From Octopus bimaculoides (lineage: Eukaryota): 60,256 nt of DNA. This document shows positions 25,689 through 38,242 of this stretch, one piece after another (position 1 is the first letter of the stretch; every line of letters begins with the position of its first letter). Made by a program: the position numbers and the translations under genes. Below the pieces are notes generated by a model that worked only from the letters and a program-made list of their open reading frames with translations, had not been told where the DNA came from and made no database searches. The DNA is taken from positions 175,503,253-175,563,508 of the forward strand of contig NC_068981.1 of assembly GCF_001194135.2 (NCBI RefSeq), in the 5' to 3' direction.

Positions 25689-27465
25689 CACTGATCAACA
25701 AGTATTCATCTTGAAAATTGTACGTGACAAGATGTGGTTTACTTTAAAGGTGTGTTTCCATGATGTAAATGAAATACATGCATACACGTCATTAATTGGA
25801 ATTTCTATATAAAGCATGCTTTATATAGAAATTCCAATTAATGACGTGTATGCATGTATTTCATTTACATCATGGAAACACACCTTTAAAGTAAACCACA
25901 TTATTCATTGCTGCATCGTTCAGATGCAATATTTCATCATCTTAATTTAGCCAATCAAATTTTGTCTGATGAAATAGATATTTCAACAACTCAAATTGTC
26001 CAGTCGTAATTGGTCTGATGAAATATTTCATCTCAAATCCAGTATAAGTATAACCGTTTGTATCTATTTCCTTACTTGTTTTACAGTGTTAACAATGTCA
26101 AGAAAGTATAGAAATCGCCCTGATTTTTTTATTTTTTATGTCTGTTGACAATATATTGCGAAAGCTCAAAAACATACAATAACTCCAGAGATCAAGAAGT
26201 TATACTTTGATTGTCCTCTTGGAGATCAGGACAAGTTATGGGCGTCACATTTTATCAACTCAGCTTGCTCAAATAGCTTGCATGACTGGTTCAATAATAA
26301 TAAGAAGTTCATGCTTTTTGCCATTTCAATGATATGGAGGGAGCTGAAAGAGCATTTTAATAACTGTTAATTTTCCAAAGTAAATATCACAGAATTTTCT
26401 ATGTAGAATAAACACAAAATTGTGTATCCCAATTTGGATTCTACAATGAAACCTGTGCATCACAATTAAAGTCTTCCAATTCCAGTTCCACCAGATGATG
26501 GTATTGAAACATCAGATGATGATGCTGACTGTCACGATAATGCTGCTGAGGAAGATTATGTGGCTGATGATGATAGCTTTGGACCTCAGAAATTTTCCCA
26601 AGCTGAACTGAATGACCTTGTCAGAGACTTAGCCCTCTCAAAAGGTAAAGCAGAACTGTTGGCATCAAGACTGAAAGAGAAGTATCTGCTAGAGCATGGT
26701 GTTCGTATAACTTATTTTCGACAGAGAAATGTGGTTCTACAAACGTGTTTTTATGTCGAAGGCCCACTTTGCTTTTTACAGTAATATCGGTGGACTTTTC
26801 GAATGTTTATCACAAAATCATGATCCTGCAGAGTGGCATTTGTTTATTGACTCTTCAAAAACGAAGTTTAAAAGTTGTACTTCTCCATAATGGAGAATCA
26901 TATGAGAATATGGAACTTTTACTTCATGACATATCCTATGAAAGATACTCATGGAAAATATGTGGAGATTTAAAAGTCATTGGAATGTTAATGGGAATGC
27001 AGTCAATTTTCACAAAATTCTCTTATTTCTTGTGTCAATGGGATTGTTGGTCAACTGACAGATATTATTCGGAATCAAACTGGTAGACAAGAACATCATA
27101 CCAGCCAGAACTGTCTAACGTCTACACCTCTTGTAGATCCATGTAATGTCCCGTTGCCTCATTTGCACATAAAGCTTGGACTGATGAAACAGTTTGTAAA
27201 GACACTAGGGAAGAGAAATGCCAGAGGGTTTGAATATATTGTGGATTTGAATATATTGTTTCCCAAAATCACACAGGTGAAGTTGAAAAAGGGTTTCTTT
27301 GTAGGACCCCAAATTAGAGAAGTACTCAAAGATGTCAACTTCAAGACAACGGTGGATGAACTGGAACTGCCAAACTGGAATGCTCTCAAATGAATCTGTG
27401 AGAATTTCTTGGGCAGCAAAAAGGCAATGGACAACAAGGAAGGCATCAAGATCGATAGATATGGA
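25689..27465 (+). mobile_element. Chapaev-3-like (CMC) DNA transposon remnant, 3' internally deleted
   Basis: ATG 26095: MSRKYRNRPD..YVC...YFDCPLGDQDKLWASH...MIWRE...IVYPNLDS; FSQAELNDLVRDLALSKGKAELLASRLKEK; WKICGDLKVIGML; LHIKLGLMKQFVKTL; GFFVGPQIR. Putative terminus TTA|CACTG at 25686-25693; acceptor-like TTGTTTTACAG just before the ATG. Transposase identity is strong; the Chapaev-3 label is recalled. Confidence 0.8.
25732..25901. repeat. Perfect 170-bp palindrome (85-bp arms, no spacer)
   Basis: Checked base by base: ATGTGGTTTAC...ATAAAGCA|TGCTTTAT...GTAAACCACAT, centre between 25816 and 25817. Confidence 0.98.
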
Positions 27466-27789
27466 TTCTATGTATTAACAGGCCTAGATACACTGATACC
27501 GACATAAGCCGCCACACATACGCGCGTACGTAACAGGTAAGCGCTTACAGGCATACATATATGCACGCACAAACATATAAATATGCATTACATACATATA
27601 CATATATATTAACATATGCAGCAAAGCAAGTGACACATGAGAAATACTTTATAAGGCAGATATCTAGTCCCATCATCTTACGTCAGTTTCATTCACACAA
27701 AGCGAATTTTATATCCTAAACTTATTGCCAAAATCTCCAGAGACATGTAATATTTGTATGTAACATTAAAGACAATGACTGTTTGGAAA

Positions 27790-27989
<200 letters not shown>

Positions 27990-28178
27990 TCGCACACATA
28001 CATATATTTATATATGCATGTATGTGTGTCTAACTATGTATATATATGTGTGTGTCTGTATGTGCATGTGTGTATGTATGTATGTATGTGTATGCGTATA
28101 CATAAATATATACATATGTATATGTGTATATATGTGTATGTGTGTGTATAGCTATACTATATATATATGTATATTTTA

Positions 28179-28220
<42 letters not shown>

Positions 28221-28230
28221 NNNNNNNNNN

Positions 28231-28269
<39 letters not shown>

Positions 28270-29007
28270 CTTATTGCACACACAACATACGTATATATGT
28301 CTCTCTCTATATATATACACACACATCATATGTATACAAGTCTCTCTCTATATATACGTAAATACATACATACATGCATACATTCAAACAATTGTAAACA
28401 TACGAGTTTATGTACACAGTCAGATACACACACTTTATATTATTTCTAGTCGAAAAGTCAACGTGGAAAACAACTGTACATGTATAATGCATATTAAATC
28501 ACTAGTATCACATTTCCTACCATTTTCAAAACAAAAAAGACAGCGTGATGAGAATTTTCAAGTGTACAGAGAGGGAAAAAAAATATCATCAACAATGTAT
28601 GATAAAGCAATATCGTGACACCAGAAATTTTCTATATACAAATACATACAAACAAACCCTGATACAAACGTACATGCTCGAATGCTCATCTCTTCATACA
28701 TACATGCATACATACATGCATACATACATAGCCATATATACATACACAACTTTACTTAAAAGTATATGTACATACAACCATAATCAAATACTAAATATGA
28801 TATACATAGCACCAAAGCTTGTCTGCAAGAAAGAGATTTACCAAAACTTTCCCATATTCTTTACAAATTCAATTCACAAAGGTCAAAAGACAAGATCAGG
28901 AAATGTTTTCATCCATAACAAGCTGATATTAAACCAACAAATCTTAATTTACTGTCACCCTACTTTCTATGTAAACACGAAATGTCAGCAATGTTCAGGG
29001 TCACGCT

Positions 29008-29045
<38 letters not shown>

Positions 29046-29535
29046 NNNNNNNNNNNNNNNNNNNNNNNNNNNNNNNNNNNNNNNNNNNNNNNNNNNNNNN
29101 NNNNNNNNNNNNNNNNNNNNNNNNNNNNNNNNNNNNNNNNNNNNNNNNNNNNNNNNNNNNNNNNNNNNNNNNNNNNNNNNNNNNNNNNNNNNNNNNNNNN
29201 NNNNNNNNNNNNNNNNNNNNNNNNNNNNNNNNNNNNNNNNNNNNNNNNNNNNNNNNNNNNNNNNNNNNNNNNNNNNNNNNNNNNNNNNNNNNNNNNNNNN
29301 NNNNNNNNNNNNNNNNNNNNNNNNNNNNNNNNNNNNNNNNNNNNNNNNNNNNNNNNNNNNNNNNNNNNNNNNNNNNNNNNNNNNNNNNNNNNNNNNNNNN
29401 NNNNNNNNNNNNNNNNNNNNNNNNNNNNNNNNNNNNNNNNNNNNNNNNNNNNNNNNNNNNNNNNNNNNNNNNNNNNNNNNNNNNNNNNNNNNNNNNNNNN
29501 NNNNNNATATATATATATATATATATACACACACG

Positions 29536-29575
<40 letters not shown>

Positions 29576-30289
29576 TGCACATATATATTTGTGTGAGTGT
29601 GTGTGTGTGTGTGTGTATGTGTGTATGTGGGATTTGGAATAAAAATTTTCTCCTATGTCAGTTATTTCTTTGTTGTTGATGAATTTATTTTCATTTTATT
29701 TCATACGTTTTGTATTTGTTTTATTATTTATTTCATTTTTTTCTGTCTAAATGTTAGAAGAGAGAAATAAAACTAAATAACACATAGATCACTTCGTAAC
29801 AGTAATTTTACTTTTGTTTAATGGATTTTGCTTTATATTTCTTCCTTTATGAAGAGGAAATGAACTTGGTGTAAATGTAACTTGAGTAGGTCAATTATTC
29901 ATTTATTCTTAGTCTGAAGTGCGAATATCAAGCTCGTACGATGAAACAAAACGAATCGTTTAGCAATATTATACCTTAGTGTTACTTAGTTGAGTGACCA
30001 AATTACCCAACCAGCAAAGCAACTATAAATTTTTTGTAGCAATTTTGCTTTGATTTTATGTAATGAATTCAAATTTTAGTCACAGTTTTTGCGCCTATTG
30101 AATAAGCTTATGAATTTTGGGGCGTATTCAACTAATTTAATATTTAAATCAAATGTAACAACTACAAGTCTAGTATTCTGCCTACAAGATCCTAGTAATT
30201 CTGAATTCACAATGTAAAACGTAAGTGCCATTTGTTTCGCAATAGGTTTCATTTGTACTTTCTCTTATGGAAGGGGTACTTCCCATGAC

Positions 30290-30900
30290 CTTCGTAGTCT
30301 CTTCGAAAAGGATGATCTGATGCTCTTAATGCTCTTCTTGAACCATTTCAAGTCAAATCCTGCTGGAAAGGCGGAACAGGAAAGACAGAATGGGTGATAT
30401 TCTGGGAAGGAAGGACTTAGCACAGTGGTTAGTATGCAGCCTAGGGAGTTTGAATGCTACAAGGATGGTTTGAATATTAAAGAAGTAACACCGTATTATG
30501 CACAAAGATTTATATTGAGCTTGACGAAGCCAGCTTTTGTGTAATTTTTGGAAGTGAGTTTTATTGGTCAAGATTTATAGAAGTTGAAGGAAATTTTCCG
30601 GGTATCAAGAGTTTTAAGATATTAGATTGTCTAATATGTTAGATTTCCTGCGCTACATGAGCATAGATTTTGAACTTCTTGTTTCTAATGGACATAAATT
30701 ATGATTCTTGAGTTGAGGGTAGTTGGTACGGTCGAATTGTTGAAAAGTTCTCTTTGCAGCCCCGAGATTCATGGTGCGATACCACTGCGTGGCATTTTGA
30801 GCAAATGTTATTTTCTATATCCGCGACTAGATCCATACCTTGTATATGAGATTGGATAGACGGAAACAGTATAGAATGTTGTTGAATAGATTGTACCAGC
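30290..30900 (-). mobile_element. Decayed CR1/L2-group LINE ORF2 C-terminal region
   Basis: Minus translation YKVWI*SRI...GAAKRTFQQFDR...KLPRLHTNHCAKSFLPRISP...FPAGFDLKWFKKSI follows the usual order of CR1/L2-group C-terminal motifs. Confidence 0.6.
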
Positions 30901-30958
30901 AATTCAAAAGTAAAAAACTTTTCACACAAATGTCACACTGATTTTGCCCCGAGAATTA

Positions 30959-32209
30959 CGAGGGTGGTTTGAAAAGTTCATAGGCTGTCTATAAAGGAAT
31001 GATGTTAGAGCTGTGAACACTTGCATGCATTAATTTCATCTATCCTTATTAATAATTGCATTGTTTCTTTCTAAGAAAACTGACATCTGACTGTTCAAAG
31101 AAGACTTCAAGTGTAATTGGTAGTGTCTTCTCTTGGAAATGGACCATATTTGGCATCGCGGTCTTATCAAGTATCTGACATGCTCAATTCAGTAGGGGAT
31201 GACGCTCCAGATTCATCAACAGTGTAAAAATGGGTAGCTGAATTTGGAAGAAGGAAGGAGAATCTTGTAAATGACCCAAGGTCTGGACGTCCTGCCATTG
31301 CCATCTCCAAAGAATACATTGATCGCGTTCAGCACATGATGATGGATGACAGGCGATTGGCTATAAATCAAATATCCAATGCTATTAGCATATCTCGTGA
31401 GGGAGCTAAGAATATTCTGCACAATGAATTTAGCATGACGAAGGTTTCTGCTCGGTGGGTACCACGTCTTCTGAGACTTGATCAAAAATGTATCAGGTTG
31501 ATCACATCACAGGAAAATCTGACATTGTTTGACGCAGATACAGCTGGTTTTGCTTGAACGTTTCCTAAGCCGGAATGAGTGTTAGGTTAAAAACGTTGAA
31601 CCAAAGACAAAGAGACAATCCATTTCAGTGGAAACAGCACTCCTCAACGGCTCCAAAGAAAGCCAGATATGTTTCATCTGCAGGGAAATTGATGACCTCA
31701 ATTTTCTGGGGGATACAAAAAGAATTGTGTTGATTGTCTATCTTAAAAAGGGCCACATCTTCGATGTAGAGTATTATGCCAACTTTCTGAGGCAGTTACG
31801 AAACGTTATCAAGATCACACACCCAGGAAAACTAACGAAAGGTGTCTTGTTTCATCAGAATAATGCTGCAACATACAATTCCTTGTTTTCATTGGCTGCT
31901 GTGCGTGACTTAGGCTCTGAATCCTCCCTTTTCTCTTAATTTGGCCCCATCTGGCTATCATCTGTTCCCCAACATGAAGAAACACTTCACTGGGAATCAG
32001 TATCGCAGTGATGATAACGTTATATCTGCTGCTGATGATATTTTTGACCAACAGGACGAAAGTTTCTTCACCAATGAGATCTAAGCACTGCAACACCAAT
32101 GGAATAAGCATGTGAACCGCAAAGGGAACTATGCTGTAAAATAAACCTCATTTCGTCAGATTCCATGAAAGTATTTTGGTCAGTCTATGAACTTATCAGC
32201 CGACCCTCG
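30959..32209 (+). mobile_element. Full-length mariner (1251 bp) with TIRs and TA TSDs; transposase pseudogene
   Basis: TA|CGAGGGTGGTTTGAAAAGTTCATAGGCTG ... CAGTCTATGAACTTATCAGCCGACCCTCG|TA; NDPRSGRP, MDDRRLAINQIS, KVSARWVPRLL, GVLFHQNNA, LAPSGYHLFPNMKK. Confidence 0.97.
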
Positions 32210-32320
32210 TAAGTGTTTGTATACGAAATGCTTAACTACTAACATGTTGACCTAGATTAGGTTATTTATTCGGTAACTTGATAGAAAAACTGAACCTCAT
32301 GTAGAACGGTGGAGAGCCAT

Positions 32321-32362
<42 letters not shown>

Positions 32363-32372
32363 NNNNNNNNNN

Positions 32373-32427
<55 letters not shown>

Positions 32428-33108
32428 GGAAAGAGACAGAGACAGAGAAGGATGAATAGAAATAGAAACGAGGAATCAAAAATGACTCAGTGACGAACGA
32501 TCATAATTAGAAACTGCAACGTAATTGGCTCTTTTATATTTCTGATTTCTTTTCTTGTCACAGACGAAAGAAAAGGTTACGGAGAATCGTGGTTTCTAGA
32601 TATATATTTAACCAAGCACATATGCCAATGAAGAAAGGTTTATTGCTATATGTATGGCATATACACAGTTCCAGAGCTTATTGAGCAATCTGAAGCGCAC
32701 AGAAGTATTGATTGTTTGAAGTTATATCTTCACCTATAATACTTAGTTGCTTCCATAGTTACAGAGAGACAAAAAGCCAATATAGGTATGACTTAAGTTG
32801 TTTCTACACATATGACACATGTGTGGTTCCATAATTTCCAAAGTTTCTAGAAGAACCTTCAATAACCAGAAATATCCAAAATGAGAATTTATTTTTACAC
32901 ATATGACACATAAATTGCTCCGTAGATTCAGAATATTCAGAAACAAACATTTATGTCAATGAGAAGTTCCATAGTTCCAAGAAGAATCAGAAACATTCTC
33001 TGCAGTCAAAGAAAAGAATTTATTTTCATGTATATACCAAATGAGTGGGTTCGTACTTTCTAGAAGAATTGTAAACAAACACCGATATGGAAGAAAAAAT
33101 AATTTCTA

Positions 33109-34123
33109 AGGAGTGGGTGTGTGGTAAGTAGCTTGCTTACCAACCACATGGTTGCGGGTTCAGTCCCACTACGTGGCATCTTGGGCAAGTGTCTTCTACT
33201 ATAGCCTCGGGCCGACCAAAGCCTTGTGAGTGGATTTGGTAGACGGAAACTGAAAGAAGCCCGTCGTTTCTCTTCCTAATTCTCTTCACTCCTACTTCTC
33301 TTCACTCCCACTTCTCTTAACCCCTACTCGTTCTCTCCTCTCTCTTACTCTCTCTCACTCTCTTCTCTCGTACTCCCCCCCCTCTCTCACTCTTACTCTC
33401 TACACTCTTACTCTCTTACTCTCTCACCCTTACTCTCTCACTCTCTTCTCTCTTTCCCTCTCTCTCACTCTCTTTCTCTTTCTCTCTTTCTCTCCCCCAT
33501 ACCCACCTTCCCCCTCTCTCAATCCACCTTCCCTCTCTTATACCCACCTTCTCTCCTCTCTTTCTCTCCCCTCCCATGCCCATCTTCCCNNNNNNNNNNN
33601 NNNNNNNNNNNNNNNNNNNNNNNNNNNNNNNNNNNNNNNNNNNNNNNNNNNNNNNNNNNNNNNNNNNNNNNNNNNNNNNNNNNNNNNNNNNNNNNNNNNN
33701 NNNNNNNNNNNNNNNNNNNNNNNNNNNNNNNNNNNNNNNNNNNNNNNNNNNNNNNNNNNNNNNNNNNNNNNNNNNNNNNNNNNNNNNNNNNNNNNNNNNN
33801 NNNNNNNNNNNNNNNNNNNNNNNNNNNNNNNNNNNNNNNNNNNNNNNNNNNNNNNNNNNNNNNNNNNNNNNNNNNNNNNNNNNNNNNNNNNNNNNNNNNN
33901 NNNNNNNNNNNNNNNNNNNNNNNNNNNNNNNNNNNNNNNNNNNNNNNNNNNNNNNNNNNNNNNNNNNNNNNNNNNNNNNNNNNNNNNNNNNNNNNNNNNN
34001 NNNNNNNNNNNNNNNNNNNNNNNNNNNNNNNNNNNNNNNNNNNNNNNNNNNNNNNNNNNNNNNNNNNNNNNNNNNNNNNNNNNNNNNNNNNNNNNNNNNN
34101 NNNNNNNNNNNNNNNNNNNNNNN

Positions 34124-34156
<33 letters not shown>

Positions 34157-34361
34157 TTGAGTGTCTGTGTTTGTCCCCCCAACATCGCTTGACAACCGAT
34201 GCTGGTGTGTTTACGTCCCCGTAACCTAGCGGTTCGGCAAAAGAGACCGATGGAATAAATACTAGGCTTCCAAAGAATAAGTCCTGGGGTCGATTTCCTC
34301 GACTAAAGGCGGTGCCCCAGCATGGCCACAGTCAAAAGACTGAAGCAAGTAAAAGAGTAAA
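33109..34361 (+). mobile_element. SINE family B whose internal microsatellite site holds a CT-rich tract and a gap
   Basis: 5' half 33109-33266 ending GAAGCCCGTCG, CT-rich tract 33267-33589, Ns, then (TA)n(TG)n and 3' half to AAGTAAAAGAGTAAA. Confidence 0.9.
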
Positions 34362-35119
34362 TATATAATACATACGTGGTTCCATAGTTTCTATAAAAAC
34401 GAGAAACCATGAGAAATATCTATGTCCGATATGTGATTTCATAGTTGCTAGAAGTATCAAAAAGAAGCATATATATATATCAAAGGAAAGAGTATGTTTC
34501 TATACAAGATACGTACATGGTTCCATTGTTTCTGGGAATCATATACAAATATCAAAGGAGACCAGTTATTTCTGTACACATCTCACATAGTAATAATTTT
34601 ATTTATTTATTTATTTATTTATTTCTTGTATATTTTAATATTTTTGCTTTATATTTCATTTTCACATATATTTTTGCTTCTGATTTTTTTTTTTTTTTTT
34701 TTGCCTCTGCGTATCTGCTTTATACGATTGAAAAGAAAACTTGGACAGCGTGGATGACGGACTGGCTAATCGAGAGACCGGACATCAAGGATGGAGTTAG
34801 CGTGTCAAGATGACGATGCCAGAAACGGCTTCAGATATAAACAAGGAAGAAGAGAAGCTTTCATGTTGGCATGCTATCCAAGCAAAAGACGAAACAGCGA
34901 AAAGCAGATGTTAAGAGTTGATATCGGCTGAAGAAAAATGATGACTGTCATTAATTTGATGGTGATGAGGACGGCAAAAATGATTTCAATAAAGTTCCTC
35001 TTGTGCTGGCTTTTTTTTGTTGTATTTATTTCGATACTTGCTATTCTCTCTTCCTGCTGGTGTAGTAGAATCTGTTATTGATACTGTTGATTGTATTAAG
35101 TCGATGCTACTTTTGATCA

Positions 35120-35128
35120 TCATCATCA

Positions 35129-35195
<67 letters not shown>

Positions 35196-35238
35196 TATTA
35201 CTATTATTATTGTTATTGTCATTGTTATTATGATTCTT

Positions 35239-35310
<72 letters not shown>
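35120..35310. repeat. (ATC)n-(ATT)n-(CTT)n-(ATT)n compound triplet microsatellite
   Basis: Directly visible. Confidence 0.95.
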
Positions 35311-35312
<2 letters not shown>

Positions 35313-35838
35313 AGAAGAAATAAGTCTNNNNNNNNNNNNNNNNNNNNNNNNNNNNNNNNNNNNNNNNNNNNNNNNNNNNNNNNNNNNNNNNNNNNNNNNN
35401 NNNNNNNNNNNNNNNNNNNNNNNNNNNNNNNNNNNNNNNNNNNNNNNNNNNNNNNNNNNNNNNNNNNNNNNNNNNNNNNNNNNNNNNNNNNNNNNNNNNN
35501 NNNNNNNNNNNNNNNNNNNNNNNNNNNNNNNNNNNNNNNNNNNNNNNNNNNNNNNNNNNNNNNNNNNNNNNNNNNNNNNNNNNNNGTGGTGGTGGTGGTG
35601 GTAGTGGTGGTGGTGGTGGTGGTGGTGGCTGTGATGGTGATGGACGATTACGCTATGCTTCTTCTGAAATAGGTTTTTGTAGTTAGAAAGGTCGTTTAAT
35701 GACGAATAATTTTCAACATATACAGTAACATGTTCCTGTGTATTTGTGTGTGCTTGTATGTGTGTATGTGTGTGCGCGTATTTTTATATGTGTGTATGTG
35801 TGCGTGCGTATGTTTACGTATTTGTATTTAAATATATG

Positions 35839-35913
<75 letters not shown>

Positions 35914-36151
35914 TTGCATACACACACTCATGTATATATACATATATATTTAAGCGACACGTACAAATATCACATATAAATGAATACATCCATATACACA
36001 ATATGTATGAATGCACATCCGCATTCATACCGATATATCACTACTTAGGTATACACACAGGCATGATCAAGCACACACATAGATATGTATATGTACGTAT
36101 GTATGGATGCATGCATATATGTATGTATATATGTGCGTATGTGTGCATACA

Positions 36152-36197
<46 letters not shown>

Positions 36198-36526
36198 TGT
36201 ATTTATGTATGCATGCATGCATGCATATATGTATGTGTTATGTATTTATGTATGTGTATATATACATGTATGTAGGTATGTGTGTATGCATGCATGCGTG
36301 TATGTATGTATGTATGTATGTATGTATGTATGTATGTATACTTGCATCTTTGACAAAAGATTTTCAGAAAAGAGTAATTAAACATTTTCCAATTTGCGTA
36401 TATCAAAGAGAGAGAGAGACAGTGAAAGAGAGAGGGAGACAGAGGGAGAGAGACCGAGTGAGAGAAAGAAAGAGATAGAGGGATGCAAACGCAGATAACT
36501 TATACATTGAAGTTTATATATAATGA

Positions 36527-36617
36527 CTAGCAGAAATACCCGGCGTTCCCCGGGTTAAAGAGAATAATGAAATCTAAAAACGCCGTCTAGACTACGCATC
36601 ATCTTTATATATAGAGA
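36527..36617 (-). mobile_element. Minimal non-autonomous Helitron, 91 bp
   Basis: Minus strand A|TCTCTATATATAAAG...ACCCGG-GGAACG-CCGGGT-ATTTCTG-CTAG|T: 5'-TC, subterminal GC hairpin, 3'-CTAG, A|T target. Confidence 0.85.
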
Positions 36618-37789
36618 TGTATATACACACACGCACCCAAACACACGTATATATATGTATATCAATATAAATATATGAAAGTCAATGAAGTTTCGTAAAA
36701 GAAGGTGATCATGTACATACTTTCTTGCTGCTGTGATTATAACACCTCATTGTAAACTATGTTCCTTGTTTTCCCTTGTGGAGCATATACAAATAGGTTT
36801 TTTGTTACTACCCACTCTTGAGCAGCCAACATACAGTTNNNNNNNNNNNNNNNNNNNNNNNNNNNNNNNNNNNNNNNNNNNNNNNNNNNNNNNNNNNNNN
36901 NNNNNNNNNNNNNNNNNNNNNNNNNNNNNNNNNNNNNNNNNNNNNNNNNNNNNNNNNNNNNNNNNNNNNNNNNNNNNNNNNNNNNNNNNNNNNNNNNNNN
37001 NNNNNNNNNNNNNNNNNNNNNNNNNNNNNNNNNNNNNNNNNNNNNNNNNNNNNNNNNNNNNNNNNNNNNNNNNNNNNNNNNNNNNNNNNNNNNNNNNNNN
37101 NNNNNNNNNNNNNNNNNNNNNNNNNNNNNNNNNNNNNNNNNNNNNNNNNNNNNNNNNNNNNNNNNNNNNNNNNNNNNNNNNNNNNNNNNNNNNNNNNNNN
37201 NNNNNNNNNNNNNNNNNNNNNNNNNNNNNNNNNNNNNNNNNNNNNNNNNNNNNNNNNNNNNNNNNNNNNNNNNNNNNNNNNNNNNNNNNNNNNNNNNNNN
37301 NNNNNNNNNNNNNNNNNNNNNNNNNNNNNNNNNNNNNNNNNNNNNNNNNNNNNNNNNNNNNNNNNNNNNNNNNNNNNNNNNNNNNNNNNNNNNNNNNNNN
37401 NNNNNNNNNNNNNNNNNNNNNNNNNNNNNNNNNNNNNNNNNNNNNNNNNNNNNNNNNNNNNNNNNNNNNNNNNNNNNNNNNNNNNNNNNNNNNNNNNNNN
37501 NNNNNNNNNNNNNNNNNNNNNNNNNNNNNNNNNNNNNNNNNNNNNNNNNNNNNNNNNNNNNNNNNNNNNNNNNNNNNNNNNNNNNNNNNNNNNNNNNNNN
37601 NNNNNNNNNNNNNNNNNNNNNNNNNNNNNNNNNNNNNNNNNNNNNNNNNNNNNNNNNNNNNNNNNNNNNNNNNNNNNNNNNNNNNNNNNNNNNNNNNNNN
37701 NNNNNNNNNNNNNNNNNNNNNNNNNTCTCTTTCTGTCTCTCTCTTTCTGTCTCTCTCTTTCTCTCTTTCTCTCTCTCTGTGAAAGTATC

Positions 37790-38112
37790 TGTCACTACAG
37801 TATCGAAATGTAATTGTTTCAGTTAGTGGAATAGTTTCATTTTTAAAGTGAAAGTATTTGACATGAGTGTTTTTGTTTCACTTTTGACACGTAATACTTA
37901 AATAGTGGAGGAGATATTATGTTGCCGTGTGCTCGAACTCTGCAAGAAGTTAATAATTTTTTTTTACTAAAACACAACTGGAACCCTAAGTAAGGCATGT
38001 GTAAAATTTGAATGAAATTGGTTGCGTAGTTCTCGAGTTTTAGGAATTCACACAGACAGACAGACCGACAGACAGACAGACAGACACACATTCTCATTTT
38101 TATATATAGAGA
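37790..38112 (-). mobile_element. 5' portion of a longer non-autonomous Helitron (Lep1-like, internal (TCTG)n)
   Basis: Minus strand starts A|TCTCTATATATAAAAATGAGAATGTGTGTCTGTCTG...CAACCAATTTCATTCAAATTTTACAC; same first 14 nt as the 91-bp element. 3' end not seen (gap). Confidence 0.75.
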
Positions 38113-38159
38113 TTTTAATATAATAGAAACAATTACTTCAGGCCGGTACGTCGAGACAT

Positions 38160-38242
38160 GACTGTCTATTTAAGAAACTCAGCTTGCAGCAACGACGTGG
38201 TTTTTGGGTCAGTCACACTACGTGGTACCTTCTGCTATAGCA
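38160..38242 (+). mobile_element. Decayed SINE family B head
   Basis: ACGTGGTTTTTGGGTCAGTCACACTACGTGGTACCTTCTGCTATAGC resembles the family B 5' half with a deletion. Confidence 0.5.

Noticed and set aside
25960-26035. Two CTGATGA motifs as hammerheads
   Set aside because: No GAAA core or helices; part of the transposon 5' region.
34730-34850. Possible RTE 3'-end fragment
   Set aside because: No frame gives a convincing motif.
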